Below are positions 9,945 through 18,419 of a DNA stretch of 64,000 nucleotides, in pieces. Within the stretch, counting starts at the first letter, position 1. The number at the start of each line of letters is the position of its first letter. The DNA is taken from positions 1 through 64,000 of the IMG/VR virus record IMGVR_UViG_3300029156_000001; one strand, written 5' to 3'. The notes below the pieces were generated by a model, which was not told the DNA's origin, made no database searches, and was given only the letters and a program-made list of their open reading frames with translations. The DNA is from a virus. Taxonomy: Duplodnaviria > Heunggongvirae > Uroviricota > Caudoviricetes. The position numbers and the translations under genes are program-made.

Positions 9945-10421
9945 TCATTCTAAGTCCTCCGGAAAATGTTTTTTGGTTATAACCTCCCCGATACCGAGAT
10001 CGAGGATGTCTCGCAGTAGTCGTTGTACGTCACCATCATACGGTGCTTTGAGCCGTACGTCAAGCCAAGAGTAGAATTTTTCGTCTTCGACTATCTCGAT
10101 CTCGGTATCGGGGAGATCTTCAAAGTAATCTGCGTCCGTTCCGGCCGCAGGCCGGATCCGAATGATGATGTCACTCTTGCGAGAAGTAGAAGGGCGTGGG
10201 CCTTTTGTTGTTTTGGTCTCACGGATATTCGCCTTAGGCGAAGTTCCGTCATTTTGGAAATTTTGCGGCCCACCCCTTAGTCTACTCTGCAACGCCTCCT
10301 CAGGCGACAGCCCGAGGCTGATCTCTTCTTTTGTACGTCGGAAACGCTTTTCACCAGTCACAGCCTTGTACGACTCAATGTCGTGGATCTGGGCCGCGTG
10401 TTCGGGAGTGATTTCATTCAT
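9945..10421 (-). CDS. hypothetical protein
   Basis: 158 aa ORF. Confidence 0.35.
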   Translation of the reverse strand: MNEITPEHAAQIHDIESYKAVTGEKRFRRTKEEISLGLSPEEALQSRLRGGPQNFQNDGTSPKANIRETKTTKGPRPSTSRKSDIIIRIRPAAGTDADYFEDLPDTEIEIVEDEKFYSWLDVRLKAPYDGDVQRLLRDILDLGIGEVITKKHFPEDLE

Positions 10422-10464
10422 GACACCCTAGTATAGCACGCAAAGCGTGCTGGTCAAGTTATTT

Positions 10465-10552
10465 TGGAAGTAAGTGTGGGATTCGAACCCACGGGGCTGT
10501 TACACCCGGCAGCTTAGCAAGCTGCTACAATAAGCCACTCTGTCAACTTACC
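10465..10552 (-). tRNA. tRNA-Ser (anticodon GCU), type II
   Basis: 88 nt, anticodon arm GCAGC-TTGCTAA-GCTGC, long variable arm, T-arm GTGGG-TTCGAAT-CCCAC, encoded CCA. Confidence 0.6.
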
Positions 10553-10559
10553 ATTATTT

Positions 10560-10634
10560 TGGAGACCGGGGTGCGAATCGAACGCACGTATGAAGGGTTG
10601 CAGCCAACAGCCTAAGCCACTCAGCCACCCGGCC
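10560..10634 (-). tRNA. tRNA, possibly Cys (anticodon GCA?) with U73; anticodon stem poorly paired
   Basis: acceptor GGCCGGG/CCCGGTC (G2-U71), T-arm GTGCG-TTCGATT-CGCAC, U73 discriminator, candidate loop CTGCAAC. Confidence 0.35.
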
Positions 10635-10910
10635 TAATTTACGGCATTGAAATGTGTTCTGTTGATAGATAGATGGTTCCGTCACGACTCCATGTACAAT
10701 ACCACCCTAAAGCAGCAAGGTGTTCTTCGATCAACTCTTTTCTGGTATTGCCATATATGTTTACGTGTGCATATAATTTACCTTGACGTAAACGTTTGGC
10801 AATAGTACGCAAAGCACGTCGAACTTCCTTTTGGAGTGTTTTTTGCTTGCGTTTTTCATACATGGGCAGATACTTGTCGGTAAACTGTCGTGTTGTCGGA
10901 ATTTTTACCA

Positions 10911-11477
10911 TCATCCAATCTCCAAATCTAATTTTTCGAAACCACGATCTTCTACCAACTCCAAGTCCGTTCCGGACTTGAGCATACGATCATACAATAC
11001 AATCGAGACAGCTACGGCGAGATTGGTGCAATGTCGCGACGGGATTTGAATAAAGTGATGACAGTGTTGAAGCGTCACACGCTCTAGGCCACCGTCTTCG
11101 GGACCGAAGACGTAGATGGCATTTTTAGGATGTTCAAACGTCGTCAAGGGCTGGGTGCCCGGCGTGATCTCTACGGCTACCGGAACGGCGTCTTGAAATT
11201 GATCAAAGGGTCTGTCATACTGCCTAAGCTCAACGTCCGCATAGCCCTTCATGCGTTCCTCGCGGGGCAGACGATGCTTGCGATTCATGGAGACGCGGTT
11301 GCCCGTGTACCACAGTTGCCCCATTCCGAAGCACGAACAAGACCGTAGGACAGCACCGACATTACGAGCGTGCTTCGGATTAGTTAGGACGACGGCAGGA
11401 GGTACGCCGAACTTCTTTTTGCCCGGCTCAAAGGACTCCATGTCGCGAGTGAGTTTATCACGTAGTTTGTTGGTCAT
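10911..11477 (-). CDS. SpoU/TrmH-family RNA 2'-O-methyltransferase
   Basis: NVGAVLRSCSCFG motif (SPOUT class N-x-GA-x-x-R-x-x-x-x-FG), 188 aa. Confidence 0.65.
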   Translation of the reverse strand: MTNKLRDKLTRDMESFEPGKKKFGVPPAVVLTNPKHARNVGAVLRSCSCFGMGQLWYTGNRVSMNRKHRLPREERMKGYADVELRQYDRPFDQFQDAVPVAVEITPGTQPLTTFEHPKNAIYVFGPEDGGLERVTLQHCHHFIQIPSRHCTNLAVAVSIVLYDRMLKSGTDLELVEDRGFEKLDLEIG

Positions 11478-11759
11478 CCCACAACTCTTTCAGAAATCTG
11501 GGTGGAAAAGCTTTCTTTTTACGTCTACACCAGTCAAATACAAAATCCCATTGACGTTGCGAAGGAAATGCTGGTTTGCTCGCCAAGTAAAACCAATTGA
11601 ACTTATCGATGCCTGGATCACCCTTCAAAGTCATGAAACCTCGACGCTCTACCTCTGCCTCGCCCTTTTGGCCAACGAGATCAAAGGCTAGATCACAGTG
11701 GCCCCAGGCATGACAAGCGTGAAACGTGCCATCGCGGGCAAGGTATCCGAGTTCAGGTT

Positions 11760-12182
11760 TCATGACACATCCTTTATTCGTCGTTGTTTGTCACAATGTT
11801 TACACTCATCATTAAGACCAAAGGGTTTACTGGCGTTTTTAGAAAAGGTATTGTGAGGTAGGTAAATACGACATCTGTAGCATCGAATATTACCATCTAT
11901 GTCAGTAATTCTCCGTCCTCGCCTACCGGCTTCACTATTGCATGTCTTGTGTGAAAGTGCAACGTTATTTACATCAAAGAAAAGCACCTGAGGGTTGTTA
12001 CTGTCCAGCCAACTAACCTTGTGGTCAATTGACATATCTTGTGGCCTTTCGATAATTTGACCACATCTATAGCATGTTGTCAATCTTAATCGCTGAGCAA
12101 AACTATACAGTAAAGCTTTTACTAGCCTGTTGGTAGCGGTACCTATAGGCATGCCCAACTGCTGTCTTTTCTTTTTGCTCAT
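11760..12182 (-). CDS. HNH endonuclease (start trimmed to internal Met to avoid overlap)
   Basis: CYRCG...IDHKVSWLDSNN...N...HKTCN HNH motif; ORF track extends to 12437 but overlaps the next gene. Confidence 0.55.
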   Translation of the reverse strand: MSKKKRQQLGMPIGTATNRLVKALLYSFAQRLRLTTCYRCGQIIERPQDMSIDHKVSWLDSNNPQVLFFDVNNVALSHKTCNSEAGRRGRRITDIDGNIRCYRCRIYLPHNTFSKNASKPFGLNDECKHCDKQRRIKDVS

Positions 12183-12262
12183 GTTGGTTACGGGGCTGAG
12201 AATTGCACTCAGTTCCCTTGATTCAAAGTCAAGGATGTTTCTGTTACACCACCCCGTAGTGA

Positions 12263-12595
12263 TTACTTTTTGCGGCGGGCCGCAGATTCGCGACGACGAC
12301 GACGCTCTCTCTTTTTCTTCGCGGAGTATTTGGCCAAGCCACCAATTACACCAACGAAAACGCATGCCGCCAGGAATAGTACCATGATGGCGGCGACAAA
12401 GGCGAGCGGTCCCCAAAAGGGACAAGTCACCCACCACCAGGACCAGCCAGCGACGACGCCGACTTCCCCAAGTTTGAGTCCGACGAACAGCAGGCCAAGC
12501 AGGCCAAGAATAGGAAATGCGGGGCGAGCGGTTTCGGTAGACATGATTTTCTTCCGTTTGTTCGGCTTAGGAGCCGAGGTCATAGTAAGTTTCAT
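12263..12595 (-). CDS. small membrane protein (two TM helices, basic C-terminus)
   Basis: hydrophobic segments GLLGLLFVGL and FVAAIMVLFLAACVFVGVIGGL followed by KKKRERRRRRE. Confidence 0.4.
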   Translation of the reverse strand: MKLTMTSAPKPNKRKKIMSTETARPAFPILGLLGLLFVGLKLGEVGVVAGWSWWWVTCPFWGPLAFVAAIMVLFLAACVFVGVIGGLAKYSAKKKRERRRRRESAARRKK

Positions 12596-12648
12596 GCCCT
12601 ATTATACTCGCTCTGCTCGTGAAGTCAAACTTTAACTTCGAAATGTTC

Positions 12649-12722
12649 TGGCGACCCCAGGGAGTATCGATCTCCCGCTACCACCGTGACAGGGTGGCGT
12701 TCTACCATTAAACTATGGAGTC
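12649..12722 (-). tRNA. tRNA-Asp (anticodon GUC)
   Basis: acceptor GACTCCA/TGGGGTC, D-stem GTTT/GAAC, anticodon arm CCACC-CTGTCAC-GGTGG, T-arm GGGAG-ATCGATA-CTCCC, encoded CCA; 5' 15 nt overlap the last codons of pyrB. Confidence 0.65.
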
Positions 12723-13523
12723 AAGTGATGTTGCTAGTAAGGTTTTGCGTATTTGAAGACCGTATGCGACTTGCTTAAAATACACAGCCCTTTTGTCTTG
12801 TTCAATTGCGTTCGGCAATTCTTGTGTGCGTGGTAGTGGATGCATGATGATGGCATCTTCCTTAATATCAGGAAGCATTTTCTCCTCCATCCCATACAAG
12901 ACACCTTCTCTTTTGAGAGAGCGTTCCGTTTGTGGTCGTGTCATGTAAATGACATCGGCTTTGCCAATTTCATTGATATCTGGAAAATCAAAGATGTCCT
13001 GCTTGACAACCTCGACATCAAATTGATTTAGAACAGCAATGAATGAATTGATTGTACGGGCGTTTTCCAGGTCTCCCCAGATCAGAACCCTGTTGCCGTC
13101 GATCCTGCCCTTTTCTCGCCAGATAGTATAGGCGTCCGTTAGAGCCTGCGTTGGGTGACTACCGATGCCATCACCGGCATTGATGATAGGAACGGCTGCT
13201 ACTTCGGCAGCTTTTTGTGCGGCCCCCATTTCTGGATGCCTTAGCACAATAATATCGGCGTAGTTGCCCACGACCTTAATAGTATCTTCTAAAGATTCGC
13301 CTTTGGTAGTCGAGCTAGACGCAGTAGCATTCTCTACGGTAATGACGCCCCCGCCTAACCTAAGTGCGGCCGACTCAAACGACAATCGTGTTCTGGTGGA
13401 TGGCTCGTAAAAGAGAGTGGCTAAAACAAACGGATCACACTCGGCCACTTCGGCAGCAGACGTATGGAAGATCCTTTCTAGCGTATCTCTAGAAAACTGA
13501 TCGGCTTTTAGAATGTGCTTCAT
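12708..13523 (-). CDS. pyrB: aspartate carbamoyltransferase catalytic chain
   Basis: STRTR carbamoyl-phosphate binding motif, HPTQALTD, C-terminal HPLPR (ATCase rather than OTCase); ATG at 13521-13523 preferred over the TTG listed at 13541. Confidence 0.75.
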   Translation of the reverse strand: MKHILKADQFSRDTLERIFHTSAAEVAECDPFVLATLFYEPSTRTRLSFESAALRLGGGVITVENATASSSTTKGESLEDTIKVVGNYADIIVLRHPEMGAAQKAAEVAAVPIINAGDGIGSHPTQALTDAYTIWREKGRIDGNRVLIWGDLENARTINSFIAVLNQFDVEVVKQDIFDFPDINEIGKADVIYMTRPQTERSLKREGVLYGMEEKMLPDIKEDAIIMHPLPRTQELPNAIEQDKRAVYFKQVAYGLQIRKTLLATSLDSIV

Positions 13524-13527
13524 GTTT

Positions 13528-13601
13528 TGGCAGGGGATCAACGAATCGAACGCTGGTCTTCGGGTTTGGAATCCGATATGTTACCACTACACCAATCCCC
13601 T
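13528..13601 (-). tRNA. tRNA-Trp (anticodon CCA)
   Basis: A1-U72 and G73 as in E. coli tRNA-Trp, acceptor AGGGGAT/ATCCCCT, anticodon loop TTCCAAA, T-arm CAGCG-TTCGATT-CGTTG, encoded CCA. Confidence 0.65.
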
Positions 13602-13735
13602 ATATTTCATAATGACACTTAAGATACCAAAGTGTAGTTTATCTGGCACTATGATTGGTGCCGCCCCCAGGTAACGCTCCTGGTCCCCCTGGGTTTCAAC
13701 CAGATGTGCAAGACTTCTACACCAAGGCGGCGATT

Positions 13736-14869
13736 TTACGGCAGGTCGATAGGATCTCGAAAGACGATACCACCTACGAAAATTCGTGGAATCTGATCGT
13801 CCGTCCGATCAAAGAATCGAACGGTCAATATTTTTCCAATGTACTGTTGTCGTTCTTCGTACTGCCGACGACGTTCCGGCATGGAACCCTTCCAAAGACA
13901 CTCAAAGGTTGCATCCGTCACGTCATTGCGACAGACAAAGACGGCATGACCCTTCATTTTACCTATACCATCGATCACGTCTACCACTTCGAACTCGGCA
14001 TCTTGAAACTCTTTCACTTTCAAGAGTTCAGCAGAACGATATCCCCAAATGTATGTGCCGTTATGACTTCGTAGAATAGCACCCTCATATCCCCGCGTTA
14101 CAAACGTGCCATATGCTGACCACATATCAGTTTCGTTTGCAACCAGGACGGTTGGCACCCTTTCCACATTCTTACTTGGCTGGAAATGAGGTTTGAGATA
14201 AAGAGCGTCGGAGCGAGCCTTCCATGAGAGAGTGTCGTCCCCTAGTACCACCGGCATATCGTAAACATGAAAGATGAGTCGGGCACTTTCGGGCTTATAC
14301 GATTTAGTGCCGGGGACCGCCGATTTTGCCCAAGACGTAATTCGCTGACATGATTCTCCGTGAGTGTATAGTTCGCCATCTAGAGTGATACCTTCGGGCA
14401 GCCAGTTGGCAAGCTGTTCTTGTACCAGGGGGATCGTCCACGGCTTCCCTTGGCGGGAGGTCAGGGCGATACTACCATCGGCGGCCCTCTGAGCAAGGCA
14501 ACGTACCCCATCTAGCTTAGGCTGAATGTCTACGCCGCCTTCATAACTAAGATTTTTCCTTTTCGAGCCCTTGAAAGAATGGGCCAACATAGGCAAGGGT
14601 AGTTGCTCTTGAGCATCCTCTGGAGTAAGCGAGTATTTCCGCTCTAGTTTATATGTGTGTAGCGACTGTGCCTCCAGTACGGCTTGCTCGTCGGGAGTAG
14701 TAGCATTCTTACGTCCCGCGTTCTTTGCCTCGGCTGTCTTACGACTGATTTGAAGCTTACCCCCGACGGTGCCATATTCCGTCAGGATATCTGCACCGTC
14801 GGTGAAGACTCGCCACTGACGGAGATCGCCGCCTTTAGCTTTGTGAAACAGTGTAGGTAGTTTTTGCAT
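13736..14869 (-). CDS. ATP-dependent DNA ligase (T7-type)
   Basis: motif I KLDGVRCLA (K-x-D-G-x-R), motif IV EGAILR, motif V LLKVKEF; 377 aa. Confidence 0.8.
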   Translation of the reverse strand: MQKLPTLFHKAKGGDLRQWRVFTDGADILTEYGTVGGKLQISRKTAEAKNAGRKNATTPDEQAVLEAQSLHTYKLERKYSLTPEDAQEQLPLPMLAHSFKGSKRKNLSYEGGVDIQPKLDGVRCLAQRAADGSIALTSRQGKPWTIPLVQEQLANWLPEGITLDGELYTHGESCQRITSWAKSAVPGTKSYKPESARLIFHVYDMPVVLGDDTLSWKARSDALYLKPHFQPSKNVERVPTVLVANETDMWSAYGTFVTRGYEGAILRSHNGTYIWGYRSAELLKVKEFQDAEFEVVDVIDGIGKMKGHAVFVCRNDVTDATFECLWKGSMPERRRQYEERQQYIGKILTVRFFDRTDDQIPRIFVGGIVFRDPIDLP

Positions 14870-15134
14870 TGGTGATTTTCAGCCAGCGGATCAAATGTTT
14901 GACAGTTGTGGGACCAATGAAACAGTGTCCTTCGCCAAAGGTGTCATGCACAAGCCTGTGACATGGTTTACAAAGGCCAATTGTGATGGCACCCTTACGT
15001 CTGGAAAGAAGGTGCTCGTTGAACCTAGGATCCTTACGTGGCACCATATGATGCCGCGTAAAATCGTCCTTTTTGCACGGTCCACAAGCTCGACAAGTGG
15101 GAGGATAGAGCCATTTGCGTTTTTTAGCCATCAA
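14835..15134 (-). CDS. small HNH endonuclease
   Basis: CxxCxxC ... HHMVPR ... CKPCHRLVH zinc-ribbon HNH signature. Confidence 0.6.
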   Translation of the reverse strand: MMAKKRKWLYPPTCRACGPCKKDDFTRHHMVPRKDPRFNEHLLSRRKGAITIGLCKPCHRLVHDTFGEGHCFIGPTTVKHLIRWLKITNAKTTYTVSQS

Positions 15135-15382
15135 TCAACCCTACTGAGAATGTAGTCTTCTTCGAGAGCGTCCCATAGCCATTGTACTGCTAGTGACTTA
15201 GATGAAAAACCAGGACTGAGTTCTTCATAAAAGCGTTTATACTGGACGTTTTTGATGCCGGTCCACCACAATCCCTTATGTTTAAAAACGGCGTACTGGC
15301 CATTGTCAAAGGTTGATATCTTCATAGTGTTTGGTAGGCCCGGAAGGAATTGCACCCTCATCTGATGGTTCGTAGCCACCAA
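15131..15382 (-). CDS. hypothetical protein
   Basis: 83 aa ORF translationally coupled to downstream HNH gene. Confidence 0.3.
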   Translation of the reverse strand: MVATNHQMRVQFLPGLPNTMKISTFDNGQYAVFKHKGLWWTGIKNVQYKRFYEELSPGFSSKSLAVQWLWDALEEDYILSRVD

Positions 15383-15696
15383 TGCTGTCTGTTACACCAC
15401 AGGCCCATTTGTTTCTGTTATTCTACACGCCGCAGGCGTGTTGGGGTGAAAGTTCGGTTCTGCCCCGAATCCTCTCGGGTCACAGCCGAGTAGGCTACTA
15501 TTACAACACAATCACCGTTCGCTCCGCTCACGGATTTAGATGTACCGCGAGCAGTCTTTCGAGCACCACAGACAAAACCTCTTCTGCAAGTAGATTCGTG
15601 TTGTCATGGTGTTCGTCTTACTAATCACCTTCCAGGCGGTCATATCATGAATGCCGAAGAAGCATATCACTTGACGCCACCACGGGCCGGTAAACA

Positions 15697-16365
15697 TCAG
15701 AATGAGTAGCCCAGAAGGACGAAGAGTGTACCGCCATTGAGGCTGGGGCTGTTCACGAAGATATCAGAGTCACTGGCTCCGAAGTGCTGCCGGTACAGAC
15801 CCGCGAGGCTCCAGTTGTCGGACATGAACCATCTGCTGCCGACTTGAGCGTACGGAGCATAGCCGGTGTCACGGTCACTGATAACAGACGTGTACGTGGG
15901 GTCGATGTCGGTATCGATACTGAAAGCCGAGACGCCACCACTAGCAAAAACTTGCCAACGATCAGTCAGCATCCAGTTTTTACGAAGGCCAAAGTAGAGT
16001 TCACGGACCGTCGAGGTTGTGTCACTCACGGGGCGGTTTTCGTAAAAGCCGTCGCTGGAAATGTTCTGGCCCAGCGAAAAGCCAACTTCCGGACCGAAGC
16101 CGTCCTTGCCGCAGAAATCGGCCTGGACGGTAAAAAGCTGTTGCTCGTCGGTTTGCTCCCAATCATTCTGGGCATCGTAGTTTCGCCAACCGTATCCGAT
16201 ATCGACGGTCGGGGCGAGTTGTCCTTGCGGGCCTTGACAGGCGGCGAGGAGGACTAGGGTTGCCGTAGCAAGTAGTAGATTCTTCATGCGTGCATTATAC
16301 TGCACGCATGGAGGGTTGTCAACCTTCTTCTGCTTCAATTTGTTGCAGGGCGTGTGCTTTGGCAA
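15697..16365 (-). CDS. outer-membrane beta-barrel protein with lipoprotein-type signal (Lom/Ail/OmpX-like)
   Basis: signal peptide with LAAC lipobox, alternating amphipathic beta-strand pattern, aromatic-rich, C-terminal ...GYSF (terminal Phe typical of OM beta-barrels). Confidence 0.5.
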   Translation of the reverse strand: MPKHTPCNKLKQKKVDNPPCVQYNARMKNLLLATATLVLLAACQGPQGQLAPTVDIGYGWRNYDAQNDWEQTDEQQLFTVQADFCGKDGFGPEVGFSLGQNISSDGFYENRPVSDTTSTVRELYFGLRKNWMLTDRWQVFASGGVSAFSIDTDIDPTYTSVISDRDTGYAPYAQVGSRWFMSDNWSLAGLYRQHFGASDSDIFVNSPSLNGGTLFVLLGYSF

Positions 16366-16497
16366 TGCCTACCTCAGAGGCAAACTTGAAAGCGAAAATT
16401 AGGACTGTGCCTGTAATTACCGCAATTAGGACTTTTGAAGTGTTTTCGTTGATTTCGATTTTCATTAATCTCGTGCCTCGACTAGAGTGGTCGGGAA

Positions 16498-16570
16498 CCC
16501 GAGAATCGCACTCGGAGCTTCGGCTTATGAGGCCGACGTGTTACTGTTACACCAATTCCCACTCGTTTTA
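16498..16570 (-). tRNA. tRNA-Met (anticodon CAU), elongator or Ile2-type
   Basis: D-stem GTGT/ACAC, anticodon arm TCGGC-CTCATAA-GCCGA, T-arm CCGAG-TGCGATT-CTCGG, encoded CCA. Confidence 0.55.
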
Positions 16571-16786
16571 CTCATGATAGTAAAATTGTGCATTACGACT
16601 AAGATCCTGCATCGCCTGTCTTAGAACGAGAGTGTGTTCATCAGGACCGCGATCCCAAATAAAACATTCCATCGCGGCGTGCCGACAGGCATTAGGCATG
16701 TAGATGCTACCATTCCGAAGAGGGGTTTCAAAATCAGGAATGATAGCTACAACAGCATTAAAGAGATCTTCTTTAGAATATTGCAT
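16568..16786 (-). CDS. hypothetical protein (start trimmed to internal Met)
   Basis: ORF track start 16822 would overlap the upstream tRNA; internal Met at MQYSKEDLF avoids the overlap. Confidence 0.3.
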   Translation of the reverse strand: MQYSKEDLFNAVVAIIPDFETPLRNGSIYMPNACRHAAMECFIWDRGPDEHTLVLRQAMQDLSRNAQFYYHE

Positions 16787-16802
16787 AGTGTTTGGTAGGG
16801 TA

Positions 16803-16881
16803 GGTGGGAGTCGAACCCACAAACGACGCAGATTTTAAGTCTACCGGCGATGCCAATTAGCCTACTACCCCGCTTGTTTCT
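16803..16881 (-). tRNA. tRNA, short variable arm, apparent anticodon UAA (Leu-type) with A73 and encoded CCA
   Basis: paralog of the 6183/6273 tRNAs: acceptor GGGGTAG/CTACCCT, D-arm TAGGCTAATTGG, anticodon arm GTAGA-CTTAAAA-TCTGC, T-arm GTGGG-TTCGACT-CCCAC. Confidence 0.5.
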
Positions 16882-17326
16882 TTTTCAAGGCAATTGTGCC
16901 TTCGCGTACCCTAACACGATACCCATTATCGGTCCAGAAAGCACATTCGTCAACAGCGTCTTGGCGTCTGCCAATTGTGACCTGTAAGGCTTGCCAAGGC
17001 TCGTTGTCGGCATTGCGGCCCAGAATGATCCAGACGGGTTCGCTAGTCTCCACGGACTTCCCCTTCTATACGATCAAAGTCTTGCATGGCCGCATGAGCT
17101 TCGTAGTAGCCGTTATTGGTGCCGGGGCTGGTACTGGACTTTTTGATGGCCAATACAAGGTTGCTTAGGCCACGAAATACCCGAATCCATTGATCTCGTG
17201 AGAGCGAGAAGGGCTGTTCGGGTGTACTCGCAGGACCAGATTTGATCAGCCAGTCTTGGTTTTCGTCAGTCATACCCTACTATACCCCAGGAAGTGATGA
17301 TTGTCAAGCACTTCCTGGGGGTTGTT

Positions 17327-17404
17327 TGGTCGGAGCGGCTGGATTCGAACCAGCGTTCTGTAGCTTCCAAGGCCACCGAGGACTCCAGACTCCTCCACGC
17401 TCCG
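17327..17404 (-). tRNA. tRNA-Pro (anticodon UGG)
   Basis: C1-G72 as in bacterial tRNA-Pro, D-stem GAGG/CCTC, anticodon arm GTGGC-CTTGGAA-GCTAC, T-arm GCTGG-TTCGAAT-CCAGC, encoded CCA. Confidence 0.7.
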
Positions 17405-17412
17405 ATTGTGAT

Positions 17413-17501
17413 TGGCTCATGGACTAGGGTTTGCACCTAGGGTGGGGATTACTCCCGCGAGCTTAACAGGCTCGTGCCTTCGACTACTCGGCCATCCATG
17501 A
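17413..17501 (-). tRNA. type II tRNA with Tyr-like body but anticodon GUU
   Basis: 89 nt, acceptor TCATGGA/TCCATGA, D-arm GCC-GAGTAGTCGAA-GGC, anticodon arm CGAGC-CTGTTAA-GCTCG (E. coli tRNA-Tyr has CUGUAAA), long variable arm, T-arm CTAGG-TGCAAAC-CCTAG, encoded CCA. Confidence 0.5.
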
Positions 17502-17504
17502 ATA

Positions 17505-17579
17505 TGGCTGGGATACTACGACTCGAACGTAGAATACAAGAGTAACAATCTTGCGTGTTACCAATTACACCATATCCCA
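17505..17579 (-). tRNA. tRNA-Asn (anticodon GUU)
   Basis: U1-A72 as in E. coli tRNA-Asn, D-stem GTGT/ACAC, anticodon arm CAAGA-TTGTTAC-TCTTG, T-arm CTACG-TTCGAGT-CGTAG, encoded CCA. Confidence 0.65.
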
Positions 17580-17585
17580 ATGTTC

Positions 17586-17661
17586 TGGTTGCGGGACTGA
17601 GATTCGAACTCAGGTTGCCGGATTCAGAGTCCGGAGTATTGGGCCTCTATACTATCCCGCG
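17586..17661 (-). tRNA. tRNA-Gln (anticodon CUG) with unpaired C1xA72
   Basis: acceptor CGCGGGA/TCCCGCA, D-stem GTAT/ATAC, anticodon arm CCGGA-CTCTGAA-TCCGG, T-arm CTGAG-TTCGAAT-CTCAG, encoded CCA. Confidence 0.6.
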
Positions 17662-17750
17662 TTTCAAAAGACGCGACCACTCGCCACCCACCCCGGATTA
17701 CCTCCTACGGAGGAGAGCCGGGCCTAAGCCTTGTCCGTCGCGTCTTTGTT

Positions 17751-18011
17751 TTATCTATTTGCCTCGCGAAGAATGGCGTCTACTTCATCCATGTCTGGAC
17801 TACTTGTGTTATGCCAATAGAAGCACGTTCTACAACAGTAGGGACGAATACCCTCTCGACTATCGGCTTCTCGTGCCGCTTTGGCAGATTTATAAGCCCT
17901 CTTGCTGTAGCAACGTTTTTCAAGCCGTTCTTTTTTGAGTTGTCTTTTAGATTTCATTGTTTTGGTAGGCAATGAGGGTAACGATCCCCCGTCTTTGGTA
18001 TGTAACACCAA
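17751..18011 (-). CDS. hypothetical zinc-finger protein
   Basis: 86 aa, CC...C...H cluster near C-terminus (YCCRTCFYWH). Confidence 0.3.
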   Translation of the reverse strand: MVLHTKDGGSLPSLPTKTMKSKRQLKKERLEKRCYSKRAYKSAKAAREADSREGIRPYCCRTCFYWHNTSSPDMDEVDAILREANR

Positions 18012-18026
18012 TGTTCTTCCATTGAA

Positions 18027-18419
18027 CTAATCGCCCTCTTGTTCCGTCTTCGGAACATTGTCTGAATGCGGTGCTACCGCTTGCCACTGTACATCGTTAT
18101 AAGGATCTGACAAATCGTCACAGTAATGGGTTTGCTTGGAACGATTGAACGTTAAGCGTCCCTCTCGATGCAGTTTGCCTTTGTCAAATTTGAAACGCAG
18201 GCACGATTTGTAGCCCGCTTGAGTATTTGGCTCGAAAAAGATACGGACCGCTTCATATAGGTGGACCGGCGGAAAAACTAGGCCATCTTCCTCAAACGAA
18301 GGAATGGTAAATTTGATCCACCAATAACCTTCGCTGCCGGCACTGATCCACTGTTCATAAGTGGGAGGGTTGTTTTGCCACGTCATGCCACAGTATAGCA
18401 CTCGATGGTGGCATGTCAA
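18027..18419 (-). CDS. hypothetical protein
   Basis: 130 aa ORF in co-directional gene string. Confidence 0.35.
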   Translation of the reverse strand: MTCHHRVLYCGMTWQNNPPTYEQWISAGSEGYWWIKFTIPSFEEDGLVFPPVHLYEAVRIFFEPNTQAGYKSCLRFKFDKGKLHREGRLTFNRSKQTHYCDDLSDPYNDVQWQAVAPHSDNVPKTEQEGD

